A stretch of 64,000 nucleotides of DNA from Chloroflexota bacterium (lineage in GTDB: Bacteria; Chloroflexota; Dehalococcoidia; Lucifugimonadales; Lucifugimonadaceae). Under the pieces are notes generated by a model. It worked only from the letters and a program-made list of their open reading frames with translations. It was not told the origin of the DNA and ran no database searches. The translations under genes and the position numbers were made by a program. The stretch spans positions 23,533 through 87,532 of the forward strand of contig PBHC01000016.1 in assembly GCA_002719295.1 (NCBI GenBank). The letters are read 5' to 3'. Shown here piece after piece: positions 47,038 through 57,083 of the stretch (within the stretch, counting starts at the first letter, position 1; each line of letters begins with the position of its first letter).

Positions 47038-48225
47038 TTAAAATATTCTTTGTCCTGATGAAGTAGTATCAATTGAAATTACATTCCCAACTGTAAATCT
47101 ATCAAGAGCATTTTCATCAACTTCAATTCCTAATCCATCTCCATTAGGAATTTCAATTCTACTATTATCATGAATAAATATATCATTAGTAAGATTTTCT
47201 CTAACAGGATGAGGGGTTCTGTCGCATTCTAAAACCGATTCATTTTCATAAGGAATATCTGTCATTCCTATTTGAGAAATTGGTTGAACGGATAAAGAAT
47301 GAAGAGCTGCTGCAAATGAAATTCCTGTTCCCCAGAAGTGAGGATTAAATTTCTTTCCTAAAGTTTGTGCAATAACACCAACTTTATGCATTTCTGATGG
47401 ACCACCTACAGCACAAATATCTGGTTGAAATATATCAAATACATTTTTTACCATTCTTGGAACAATATCCCATCTGGTAGATAGACTTTCAGCTCCTGAA
47501 ATAGGAATATGAGAGTTAGATTGAACATATATGTTTGAAACATCGTCTCTTGATGCACAAGGTTCTTCAAACCATTCTAAATCTGCCGTAGATACTAATT
47601 TAGTAAATTTTATAGCAGAGATTGGATCATAGGCTTCATTTGCATCAAACATTAATTTGATATTATCTCCAATTGTTTTCTTAACTTCTAAAACTCTTTT
47701 TGCATCTTCTTTTAAGGTCAGTGCACCAATCTTCATTTTCATTCCAGTATAACCATCTGAAGCATGCTCTTCTGCTTCTTTTATAAGATCATTAAATGAA
47801 TAGTTGTTTACATAATATAAACCTGTTGCATAAACTGGTATTGAATTTCTAAATTTTCCTCCTAATATTTCTGAAGCACTTTTATTCTCAGATTTTCCTA
47901 CAATGTCATATAAAGCTGTATCTAAAGCACTTATTGCATATACTGCAGATTTAGCAAAAACATGGCCTTGAAATGTAGCTCTATACAGCTTATTCCATAT
48001 TTTTTGAATATATCGAGGATCTTCACCGATTGAAATCTTTAAAACAGAGGCTATTGAATCCATTGTTTCTAGAGATCCGAATGTTTCACCCCATCCAACT
48101 ATACCATCATCTGTAAAAACTTTTATGTTGATAACACTTCTGACATCGGTCCATCTTTGAGACCAAGCAAATGGTTGGTCTAGCTTACCTTCCAAGTATC
48201 TTAATTCAATTTTTTCTATTTTCAT
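47038..48225 (-). CDS. Mandelate racemase/muconate lactonizing enzyme family (enolase superfamily), sugar-acid dehydratase/cycloisomerase-like
   Basis: GWGE, D-ALYDI-GK, YATGLY, KMKIG, DAN, WFEEP, GAE, QPD, PHFWG, P-G-GLG. Confidence 0.92.
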   Translation of the reverse strand: MKIEKIELRYLEGKLDQPFAWSQRWTDVRSVINIKVFTDDGIVGWGETFGSLETMDSIASVLKISIGEDPRYIQKIWNKLYRATFQGHVFAKSAVYAISALDTALYDIVGKSENKSASEILGGKFRNSIPVYATGLYYVNNYSFNDLIKEAEEHASDGYTGMKMKIGALTLKEDAKRVLEVKKTIGDNIKLMFDANEAYDPISAIKFTKLVSTADLEWFEEPCASRDDVSNIYVQSNSHIPISGAESLSTRWDIVPRMVKNVFDIFQPDICAVGGPSEMHKVGVIAQTLGKKFNPHFWGTGISFAAALHSLSVQPISQIGMTDIPYENESVLECDRTPHPVRENLTNDIFIHDNSRIEIPNGDGLGIEVDENALDRFTVGNVISIDTTSSGQRIF

Positions 48226-48355
48226 ATTTTAATTTGATATAAATATTTTCTTAAATAATAAGGTATGACTTAAAGTTTTAGAACGATTTTTGCTATTTTT
48301 TCATTTTATATTTATCATTGGTTGATGAGGGCAAACTTTAAAATCATTAAAATTT

Positions 48356-49177
48356 ATGATTAATAATAAACTTAATTGGGCCGTAATTCCTTGTGCCGGT
48401 TTGGGTACAAGACTTATGCCAATAACTAAATCAGTTCCTAAATCCATGTTACCTGTTGGTAATTATCCTATAATTCATTTTGCTGTCAAAGAAGCTATTT
48501 CAATTGGTATCGAAAATATATTAATCATTATTGGAGATGGCATGGATTCTGTAAGGTCTTATTTTACTGAGTCTACTAAGAATAAATCGATTCCATCAAA
48601 TGATGAAAATATAGATATTGAAGAAATGATCAAATCCTCAGATATAAGGTTTTTACTTCAAGAAAAACCTCTTGGGACTGGACATGCTATTAAATTAACA
48701 AAAAGAATTATTGGAGATAATTCTTTTGCTGTAATTTTGCCAGATGATCTTATCTTTTCTAAACCAAACTCAATAGCTCAATTACAAAGTATCTACGAAA
48801 AATATGGCGGACACGTTATAGGATTGAATAAGCTCAAAAAAGCTGAAATTGAATCAAAAGGTATAGTTCAGTTTGACGAAGAAGCTGATAGGTATAAAAT
48901 CAAATCATTAGTTGAAAAACCCAAACTTTCAGAGGCTCCTACCAACATAGGAGTATTAGGTAGATATATTTTACATTACAGTATATTTGATGAGATTATT
49001 GATAATGAACAAGGGGAAACTGGTCTGACCGATGCAATAGCTGGAGCTCTCAGAAATTCAGAAGTTTCAGGAAAAATATTAGATGGATATCACTTTGATA
49101 CAGGAAATCCAAATGGATTAGTTAAAGCATCGAATTTCTTTATGAAAAATTCAAAATTGATACTAAAAAAATACTAA
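48356..49177 (+). CDS. galU: UTP--glucose-1-phosphate uridylyltransferase
   Basis: AVIPCAGLGTRLMPITKSVPK, Q-PLGTGHA, LPDD, VEKP, GRY, LTDA. Confidence 0.88.
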   Translation: MINNKLNWAVIPCAGLGTRLMPITKSVPKSMLPVGNYPIIHFAVKEAISIGIENILIIIGDGMDSVRSYFTESTKNKSIPSNDENIDIEEMIKSSDIRFLLQEKPLGTGHAIKLTKRIIGDNSFAVILPDDLIFSKPNSIAQLQSIYEKYGGHVIGLNKLKKAEIESKGIVQFDEEADRYKIKSLVEKPKLSEAPTNIGVLGRYILHYSIFDEIIDNEQGETGLTDAIAGALRNSEVSGKILDGYHFDTGNPNGLVKASNFFMKNSKLILKKY

Positions 49178-50982
49178 TCGATTTTTAATACAGCCATAAA
49201 TGCTTCTTGTGGGACTTCAACAGAACCGATCATCTTCATTCTTCTTTTTTTACCTTTAGCTTGTTGTTCAAGTAATTTTCTTTTCCTTGTAACATCACCA
49301 CCATAACATTTTGCAAGTACATTTTTTCTTAGAGCACTAATATTTTCTCTTGCTACTATTTTTCCTCCAATTGCTGCTTGAACTGGGACTTGAAACATTT
49401 GTCTTGGAATAAGCTCTTTTAGTTTACTTACAAGTTCTCTACCTTTATAAGAAGCTCGAGATTTTTCTGTAATTAAAGATAAAGAATCAACATTTTCATG
49501 ATTAACTAATATATCTAACTTAACTAGACTTGCTTGACGTTCTTCTATTAATTCGTAATCCATTGATGCGTAACCTGATGAACAAGATTTTAGTCCATCA
49601 AAAAAATCAATTAAGATTTCAGAAAGAGGGAGATAATGAGTTATTAGAACTCTTTGATTTGTTACATTTTTACTATTTTGTATGTAATCAATTTGACCAA
49701 ATTCTCCTCTTTTATTAGATAAAAACTCTGTGACTTTTCCAATATAATTTTCAGGAGTAATTATAGTTATTTTCACCCAAGGCTCAGTAATATAATCAAT
49801 ATTTTGCGTTTCAGGCCACTCAGAAGGATTTTGAATTTTATTTAGGTCTCCATTTTTCATATAGACGCTATGCGTAACACTTGGTGCGGTAGTAATAAGT
49901 TCTAAATCATATTCTCTTTCTAATCTTTCTTGAATTATTTCCATATGCAACATACCTAAAAATCCACATCTAAATCCAAAACCAAGAGCTGCAGAAGTTT
50001 CAGGTTCATATACTAAACTAGGATCATTTAAATAAAGTTTATCTAATGCATCTCTTAATTCTTGATATCTATCAGAATCTACTGGGTATAAACCTGTATA
50101 TACAGTAGGAGATGATTCTTTATATCCAATTAGTGGTTCTAATTCTTTATGATCTACATCAAATATTGTGTCACCAACTTTAATATCTTTTAGATTTTTT
50201 ATTCCTGTTTCTACATAACCTACAAAACCTGTTTCTAAAGATTTAGATGAAACTTGATTAGGTTTTAAAAATCCAATATCTATGGCCTCAAGTTCGGTTT
50301 TAGAATTATAAAAATAAAGTTTTTGCCCTTTATTTATTTTTCCATTAAAAACTTTAACATATGCAATAGCCCCCTTGAATGAATCATATATAGAGTCAAA
50401 AATTAAAGCTTTCAACCCATCCTTATCGACGGATTCTTTTGGCGGAGGTATTTTTTCAATTATTTTTTCAAGCAAAAGATCTACCCCAGTTCCGTCTTTA
50501 GCAGAGACTTTTAATATTTCCGATTCATCAAAACCTAATATTTCTGAGACTTCATTTATTATTTTTTCTGGTTCGGCCAAAGGAGAATCGATTTTGTTTA
50601 TTACAGGAATTATTACCAAGTCTTGATCAATTGCCTGATATACAGTGGATATTGTTTGAGCTTGAACACCTTGTGTAGCATCAATAAGTAGAAGTGCCCC
50701 CTCGCAAGCAGCTAAAGATCTAGAAACTTCATAGGTAAAGTCAACGTGTCCTGGAGTATCTATTAAATTTAATATGAAATCTTCTTTATCAAGCTTATAA
50801 TTAAGTTGAATAGTTTGAGCCTTAATTGTTATACCTCTCTCTCTTTCGAGGTCCATGGTATCAAGAACTTGATCTTTTAAGTTTCTAGAAGAAATAGTAT
50901 TAGTTAATTCAATAAATCTATCTGCTAAAGTAGATTTACCATGATCAATATGGGCAATAATGCTGAAGTTTCTAATATTCAT
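49174..50982 (-). CDS. lepA: Translation elongation factor 4
   Basis: IRNFSIIAHIDHGKSTLADR, ERERGITIK, DTPGH, GFRCGFLG, KCYGGD; start at ATG 50982. Confidence 0.98.
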   Translation of the reverse strand: MNIRNFSIIAHIDHGKSTLADRFIELTNTISSRNLKDQVLDTMDLERERGITIKAQTIQLNYKLDKEDFILNLIDTPGHVDFTYEVSRSLAACEGALLLIDATQGVQAQTISTVYQAIDQDLVIIPVINKIDSPLAEPEKIINEVSEILGFDESEILKVSAKDGTGVDLLLEKIIEKIPPPKESVDKDGLKALIFDSIYDSFKGAIAYVKVFNGKINKGQKLYFYNSKTELEAIDIGFLKPNQVSSKSLETGFVGYVETGIKNLKDIKVGDTIFDVDHKELEPLIGYKESSPTVYTGLYPVDSDRYQELRDALDKLYLNDPSLVYEPETSAALGFGFRCGFLGMLHMEIIQERLEREYDLELITTAPSVTHSVYMKNGDLNKIQNPSEWPETQNIDYITEPWVKITIITPENYIGKVTEFLSNKRGEFGQIDYIQNSKNVTNQRVLITHYLPLSEILIDFFDGLKSCSSGYASMDYELIEERQASLVKLDILVNHENVDSLSLITEKSRASYKGRELVSKLKELIPRQMFQVPVQAAIGGKIVARENISALRKNVLAKCYGGDVTRKRKLLEQQAKGKKRRMKMIGSVEVPQEAFMAVLKID

Positions 50983-51051
50983 ATTTATGAAATAGTTAAG
51001 TATAAAATAATTATACTCTAACAAGCTTTAATAAATATTTAATTATGTCTT

Positions 51052-52707
51052 TTAGTCAAGTAATTGGTCATGAGGTAATGTCCAAGGAGCTCTTCCAGCA
51101 AAAGGTCTAGGAACTTTATTCGTATCGAGCATATTTACTTCAATAAGTGTAGGTTTTTTAGCAGCTATACCTTCTTCAATTGCTTGGTTTACTTTAGTGG
51201 GATCGTCAACATATATACCTTTAGCTCCGTAAGTTTCAGCCATTTTAGCAAATTCTGGATTTACAAAACTAGTTTCATAATCTCCTCCCCAATCTAGCTC
51301 TAGATCTCTTCTTACATTCCCATAATATCCATCATTGAAAACTATAGCGATTACATTTATGCCATACTTTACAGCTGTTGATAATTCTTGAACATTGTAC
51401 ATAAAACCACCATCTCCAGAAATTGATACAACAGGTGTGTCAGGTTTTGCAACTTTTGCTCCTATAGCAGCAGGAAATGCCCAACCTAAATTACCTGAAT
51501 ACCCAGAATCAAAATAAGTTGATGTGTTATATGTCTTAAATGCTGCTCTGGAATAATAACCCATTTGTGTCATGTCCCAAACTGAAATAGTGTCTTGAGG
51601 CATTCCTTCTCTTAGAGAATTTAGAATTTCATGTTGAGGGTGCAACCCTTCTTTTCCAGAATCTAAAATTTCACGGATTTTTTTAACTTGGTCAGCAGGT
51701 GAATCTAAATTTGTTCCACCCATAGATTTAATTCCTTCTGTTATTTTATTTATAGAAACTTTTGCATCTCCAATAACAGGCAGAGCATCTTCATGAAACT
51801 TTCCAATTTCACTCTCATCTATTTCTACATGTATTTTTTTTGTGTTTTCTGCAGCAGGATATCTAATAGCAAATCTTGAACCTAATATAATTATAAGATC
51901 ACTATTTTCTAAATAATTCTTTATTTGCCCTTCTCCAGTAAGTCCAGAACCAAGTGAATGTGGATGTTCATCAGATATAACTCCTTTTCCAGCTGCACTC
52001 GTTACCACAGGAATATTAGTCAACTCTGTAAGAGCCTTTAATTCATCTTCTGCTTCAGATCTTATTACACCTGTTCCTGCATAAATTACAGGATTTTTTG
52101 CTTCTAATATCATTTTAACTGCTTCTGATATTGAACTTTCAGCAGGTTGTGTTCTCTGAAAAACTGATGATTCTAACAGTTGAACATCTTCAGATTCAAC
52201 CATTGTTTCAGGAGGCATTTCAATTTCTACTGGCCTTGGTCTACCATTTTTTAAATGACTAAATGCTTCAGAAACACCTTCTGGAATTTCGTGAGGCCTT
52301 AATAATCTTTTTTGAAATTTTGTAACGGGTTTTATTGTTTCAAGTTGATCATTAACTTCATGTAAACCACCCATGTCTTTTCCAATTGTAGCTCTTGGTA
52401 TTTGTCCAGCTATCATAAGCACTCTAGAGTTCGATGAGTAAGCCGTTGATAGTCCAGCTGCAGCATTATACAAACCAGGACCAGGTACAACCATAGCAAC
52501 TCCAATTCCTCTACTTGCTCTTGCGTAACCATCTGCCATATATGATGTAGCTTGTTCATGTCTTGGAACAATCATTTTTATATTTTTGTTTCTTCTTAGT
52601 GCATCTACAACACCATACATTTGAACTCCAGGTAAACCGAATATAACTTCTACTCCTTCTCGTTCTAATGAACTAATAAGAGCATCTCCTCCAGACATTT
52701 TACTCAT
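51052..52707 (-). CDS. Thiamine diphosphate-dependent enzyme (acetolactate synthase-like family, probably catabolic)
   Basis: FGLPG, RHEQ, PGPG, GRPRPV, GDGGF...N ThDP motif; no regulatory subunit adjacent. Confidence 0.9.
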   Translation of the reverse strand: MSKMSGGDALISSLEREGVEVIFGLPGVQMYGVVDALRRNKNIKMIVPRHEQATSYMADGYARASRGIGVAMVVPGPGLYNAAAGLSTAYSSNSRVLMIAGQIPRATIGKDMGGLHEVNDQLETIKPVTKFQKRLLRPHEIPEGVSEAFSHLKNGRPRPVEIEMPPETMVESEDVQLLESSVFQRTQPAESSISEAVKMILEAKNPVIYAGTGVIRSEAEDELKALTELTNIPVVTSAAGKGVISDEHPHSLGSGLTGEGQIKNYLENSDLIIILGSRFAIRYPAAENTKKIHVEIDESEIGKFHEDALPVIGDAKVSINKITEGIKSMGGTNLDSPADQVKKIREILDSGKEGLHPQHEILNSLREGMPQDTISVWDMTQMGYYSRAAFKTYNTSTYFDSGYSGNLGWAFPAAIGAKVAKPDTPVVSISGDGGFMYNVQELSTAVKYGINVIAIVFNDGYYGNVRRDLELDWGGDYETSFVNPEFAKMAETYGAKGIYVDDPTKVNQAIEEGIAAKKPTLIEVNMLDTNKVPRPFAGRAPWTLPHDQLLD

Positions 52708-52711
52708 AACT

Positions 52712-54259
52712 CTATTCCCTCCATAAATCTATAATTCTTTCTGCCATTAACATAACTGTCGCATTAGTATTTGCTCTGATACAATCTGGCATTATTGATG
52801 CATCAACTATCTTTAATTTATCAACACCTATTACTGAACCAGTTTGATCAACTACAGCCAATGGATCGGATCCCATTTTACATGTTCCACTACTATGGTG
52901 CCCTGTAACCATCTTTCCATGCAACCATTTTTTCAGTAGTTTATCATCTTTTCTTGTATTTGTGTCTGGAAGAATCATTTCATCAGCATATTTTTGAAAT
53001 TCTTTGTTATTTCCAATCTTTTCAAGAATTTTCACTCCTTCAACAAATCTATTCATGTCGTTCTCTGAGTCTAGATAATTGTAATTTAATTTAGGATATA
53101 AATTTGGATCGTTTTCATTGAGAGATACTTCTCCTGAACTTTCCTCTAAATTTAAAGTTAAATTTGCTCTTATTCCTTTTGGAGCAAGAGGATAAAAAGT
53201 TGTTTTATCATCGCTAGAATCCATATATACAATCATGTCATTTGTCCAATTTGAATCTTTTGATGTATACCTTAAAGCCATCGCTACTCGTGAATAATTG
53301 TTTACAGGAGCAATGTAATTCTGTTTAGAATTCCAAGTTATAAAAGTCATTGGATGATCTCTAAGATTTTGTCCTACTCCAGGAAGTTCGCATTGAGTAA
53401 CAATTCCATGTTTAGATAATTTTTTAGAATCACCAATTCCAGAGTTCATTAAAAGCTTTGGAGATTCAATAGCTCCAGCAGATACAATAATTTCATCTGC
53501 ATAAATTTCGAATACTTCAGATTCTGAAATAACTTCTATCCCTATTGCTTTATTATTATCTAAAATAATTTTATTTACGTAACAATTAGACTTAATATTT
53601 AGGTTTGGTCTATGCCTAGCATCCATCAAGTAAGTGATTGCAGTACTTTGCCTTACTCCATCAATTTGATTGAATCCTAAAGCTCCTACCCCTGTAGAAT
53701 CAGGTTTATTGTGATCTTCACAAGGAGGGAAACCATTTTCAACACAAGATTCATAAAAAGCTTTATGTAGAGGATCCCAATCTTTTTCAGGGACTCTTTT
53801 TACTTTTATATAACCTTCATTCCCATGATAAGGTTGATTTGGATAATCAAGATCGTTTTCTAATTTTATGAAATAAGGTAACACTTCATCAAAAGACCAT
53901 TTTTCATTACCAAATTCAGCCCATCTATCATAATCTTCTCTAATTCCTCTTAATAATATCTGAGCATTTATTGAGGATGAACCTCCTATTATTTTTCCTC
54001 TTGGAATAGGTATCTCGGGTCCATTTTTGGTACTTTCTGCTCTATATGCCCAATTACTTGGATCTGTTTCTAGTGAAGCTATTGAAGATACATTTCTATG
54101 CCCATAATATACATTTTCAGGAATTGATTCGATATTACTATAATCATTTCCTGCTTCAATTAGTAAAATATTGGTGTTTGGATCTTCAGATAGTCTATTA
54201 GCAAGTATGGAGCCAGCAGAACCAGAACCAATAATTATTTTGTCATATATATTTTTCAT
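52712..54259 (-). CDS. GMC family oxidoreductase (choline dehydrogenase-like)
   Basis: GSGSAG, RGKIIGGSSSIN, GVGQNLRDH, H-SGTCKMG, VDASIMP, ANTN. Confidence 0.93.
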   Translation of the reverse strand: MKNIYDKIIIGSGSAGSILANRLSEDPNTNILLIEAGNDYSNIESIPENVYYGHRNVSSIASLETDPSNWAYRAESTKNGPEIPIPRGKIIGGSSSINAQILLRGIREDYDRWAEFGNEKWSFDEVLPYFIKLENDLDYPNQPYHGNEGYIKVKRVPEKDWDPLHKAFYESCVENGFPPCEDHNKPDSTGVGALGFNQIDGVRQSTAITYLMDARHRPNLNIKSNCYVNKIILDNNKAIGIEVISESEVFEIYADEIIVSAGAIESPKLLMNSGIGDSKKLSKHGIVTQCELPGVGQNLRDHPMTFITWNSKQNYIAPVNNYSRVAMALRYTSKDSNWTNDMIVYMDSSDDKTTFYPLAPKGIRANLTLNLEESSGEVSLNENDPNLYPKLNYNYLDSENDMNRFVEGVKILEKIGNNKEFQKYADEMILPDTNTRKDDKLLKKWLHGKMVTGHHSSGTCKMGSDPLAVVDQTGSVIGVDKLKIVDASIMPDCIRANTNATVMLMAERIIDLWRE

Positions 54260-54261
54260 GT

Positions 54262-55224
54262 TTAACTAAGAAGCTTATACAGATCAACTAAGAACCAAGC
54301 TGATAATGATCCACCTCTATTATCAAATCCATTTTCCGTTTTTCTAATTAAATATGCATTTAGAGATTCCAATGAGCCTGTACCTGTACATGAATCATGG
54401 ACAATTCCAGAATCTTCAATTTTTGAATCAACAAATTCCCAGGCTTTTTCTAAAGGACTCATATATTTATCAGATAAAGTTCCAAGTCTTATCCCATTTG
54501 CCAACGCATATCCAACCATAGAAGTTACAGTTAATTCTTCGTAAGAATTTTCATTATCAATTACTTGTCTCCAAGCACCATTTTCTGTTTGTAAATTAAT
54601 AAGAGCATCGAGATGGGTTTTGTGCATCTCAATTAAATCATTTTTTCTATTATAATTATTTGGCGTATGCATAATCGCTTCTATAGCTCCATATGCAGCA
54701 AAACCATTACCTCTCCCCCAAGGGTATTCAGCTATTTTAGAATGTATATAAATACCATCATTTCTCATCAGTGGAGAATTTAGTACATGGTCTACCATAA
54801 AATCTATATATTTTATGTCTTCTGTATATTTATAAGCTCTACCCATAATTGCTGATACAAAAAATTGATCTTCAACTTGTATATTTGGATCTAATATTGA
54901 TTTTTCTAGGAATAAATTTGCCTGGTTAATAATAGGATTTATTATATTTTTTTCACCGTTTAATTCATATAAATCATCTAACCAAATTAAGCCCGCTCTA
55001 TTATCATTACGCCAATTATCTGATTCTTTAGTGATTCTAATACTAACCAAATCTTGGTATGTTTTTGTAGCAAATGATTTTCCTTCTGTATTAAATCCCA
55101 TTTTTTCAAGTCTTAAACGTGCAGATAAACCACAGCCTTGTGTATAGACTACTGTTTCTAAATTATTTCCATACACTTCAGCTAAAGTAATTGCCTTGTC
55201 TAGTAAAACAACCTTATCAATCAT
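54262..55224 (-). CDS. Glycoside hydrolase family 88/105-like (unsaturated glycuronyl hydrolase fold)
   Basis: WGRGNGF, Q-G-W-QVID, E-T-M-YA-G, C-GTG. Confidence 0.78.
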   Translation of the reverse strand: MIDKVVLLDKAITLAEVYGNNLETVVYTQGCGLSARLRLEKMGFNTEGKSFATKTYQDLVSIRITKESDNWRNDNRAGLIWLDDLYELNGEKNIINPIINQANLFLEKSILDPNIQVEDQFFVSAIMGRAYKYTEDIKYIDFMVDHVLNSPLMRNDGIYIHSKIAEYPWGRGNGFAAYGAIEAIMHTPNNYNRKNDLIEMHKTHLDALINLQTENGAWRQVIDNENSYEELTVTSMVGYALANGIRLGTLSDKYMSPLEKAWEFVDSKIEDSGIVHDSCTGTGSLESLNAYLIRKTENGFDNRGGSLSAWFLVDLYKLLS

Positions 55225-55631
55225 TACAAATCCTTTATTTTTTCTTCACAAAACTTAATAACTTCATTTGATAATTCTTTTGCTTTTTCAGCATCAGATA
55301 TATTAAATATTTCAAAAGGAGAACCAGATATAGAAAAGGTAGGGTATCTAGTAGAATACAAATATTTATCTAAAATAGGTCCATAAGATTTTAAAAAATC
55401 AAAGGTAGGGTCAATAGCTAAACAATCTTCTGCAAGATCAGATATTGAAGATCCCCAAACTTTATCCGTTCCTCTAAGAATCAAATAAGAAACTATTGAT
55501 TTTTCTGCAGCTTGTTGGAATAAAAAGCATGAAATCGAATAATCACTAGCTAACAATTTATTAGCTAATTGAAAATCATAATCACTTTGATCTTTCCATC
55601 TTTTTGATTCTTTTATGTTACTTTCAAGCAT
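55224..55631 (-). CDS. HEPN domain protein (MNT-associated type)
   Basis: W-Q-D, CF-QQAAEK, LD-TRYP, A-A helix pattern. Confidence 0.82.
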   Translation of the reverse strand: MLESNIKESKRWKDQSDYDFQLANKLLASDYSISCFLFQQAAEKSIVSYLILRGTDKVWGSSISDLAEDCLAIDPTFDFLKSYGPILDKYLYSTRYPTFSISGSPFEIFNISDAEKAKELSNEVIKFCEEKIKDL

Positions 55632-55990
55632 TAGCCTAAAACCTTATCATCATCTTGGAATATAATTTCCATAGAATTTTTTATATTATTTATAACATAA
55701 TTATTGTTCGAAAACTGTTTATATTCTTCTGGAGTATACACAAAAAACCTTGTGTGAACAGAAGGTCTTAAGTGAGTAATCCAAAATTCATCACGATTAA
55801 TAAATTCTTCTTCTGTTTCCTGAATTATCAATAGGTCTAAAGAAGTATCAGGAGAAATTTTACTTAATGTAAAGTCTCCAAAAACAGCTAATGATTTCGC
55901 TCCTAATTGTTTCGAATCATTAGAAAATTTTGACAATTCATTTTCTAAACAATTTTTTCTATGATTAGAAAAACCAAAAACTATAGGCAC
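55631..55990 (-). CDS. Minimal nucleotidyltransferase (MNT)-like protein, degenerate
   Basis: VFG...LDLLII..T...F-R...FVYTPEE pattern, paired with HEPN; GTG start. Confidence 0.7.
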   Translation of the reverse strand: MPIVFGFSNHRKNCLENELSKFSNDSKQLGAKSLAVFGDFTLSKISPDTSLDLLIIQETEEEFINRDEFWITHLRPSVHTRFFVYTPEEYKQFSNNNYVINNIKNSMEIIFQDDDKVLG

Positions 55991-55999
55991 AACTTCAGC

Positions 56000-57073
56000 C
56001 TAAACGTTATAAAGAGTAGGATGATTTGGTTGTTCAAATATCTCGTCTTTAGTTAGTGGATAACTTTCTTTTTCGTAAACTTGAAGTCTATGACAGCCAA
56101 AGTCTGGGATATAAATGAGTTTACCGTATGTTCTTACAGATGCAGGTGCTCTTAGTTTTCTCCAAACCTCTCTATTAGACATTTCTCTCAATCTTAAAAC
56201 TCTAGGGCTAGACATAATATAAGTTTTACCACTTTTTGAAAGTGTTGCATCTCCAGTAAATTGGGTTACATACTTACCATCTTTATCATAAATAACTATT
56301 CTGTCATTATTTCTGTCTGCTACGTATATATCTCCATCTTCATCAATGGATAATCCAGCAGGGCCACTAAGTTGAATATGTTCCTGATCCAATGATTTTG
56401 GAATATCTCCAAAAGAATTAAGGTACTTACCTTTTGAATCATATTTATTTATTCTGTTGTTTCTCCAATCTGATACTAATATGTCACCATTATAGTTAAC
56501 TGAAATACCCCAAGGCATATCTAGAGCAGCATCTCCTTCATCTGAGATTATGGTTTCAATAAACTTTCCGTCTTTGGTAAATTTTTGAACTCTATTATTT
56601 CCTGTATCAACAACTAATAAGTTGCCATCAAGATCGAAAGCTATTCCAGATGGTGAATCCAGTTGCCCATCACCTGATCCATATTCACCTATTTTTGTAG
56701 ATTTTGTAGATGATTCTTGAACTTCAGCAGTTTGTCCAATAGCAACATATCCTTTTTCTCCGTCATCAACTAGAGCATGAACACAATGTTCACCTTCATC
56801 ACTTACATATAACTTAGCTTCAGAATCTTGAATCATTTGAACAGGCCACTTAAAGTTTCCAAATACATCAAGATCTTCATCTTTCCAATTAATTCTTCTT
56901 ATGTTTCCACCGACTCCATCTGCTCTAATAAGAACATAAAGAACTTCTTTAGTTTCTACCATATCCATACAATAGGTTGTAACTCTTCTCATTCCTAAAG
57001 TTTCTTTATATTTATATCCTCCACGAATTATGGCATATGGTGGCTGATTTGTTCTTTCTTTTTGTTGTGTCAT
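56000..57073 (-). CDS. NHL-repeat beta-propeller protein
   Basis: Repeats GSGDGQLDSPSGIAFD..VVDTGNNRVQKF, PWGISV..VSDWRNNRI, PAGLSID..VADRNNDRI. Confidence 0.9.
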   Translation of the reverse strand: MTQQKERTNQPPYAIIRGGYKYKETLGMRRVTTYCMDMVETKEVLYVLIRADGVGGNIRRINWKDEDLDVFGNFKWPVQMIQDSEAKLYVSDEGEHCVHALVDDGEKGYVAIGQTAEVQESSTKSTKIGEYGSGDGQLDSPSGIAFDLDGNLLVVDTGNNRVQKFTKDGKFIETIISDEGDAALDMPWGISVNYNGDILVSDWRNNRINKYDSKGKYLNSFGDIPKSLDQEHIQLSGPAGLSIDEDGDIYVADRNNDRIVIYDKDGKYVTQFTGDATLSKSGKTYIMSSPRVLRLREMSNREVWRKLRAPASVRTYGKLIYIPDFGCHRLQVYEKESYPLTKDEIFEQPNHPTLYNV

Positions 57074-57083
57074 AATTACCTCT

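Noticed and set aside
48226..48355. GGTTGATGAGGGCAAAC resembling a fluoride riboswitch start, plus a long-range TAAAGTTT/AAACTTTA repeat
   Set aside because: The downstream pseudoknot partner is missing, the gene context (galU) is wrong, and AT-only repeats are expected by chance
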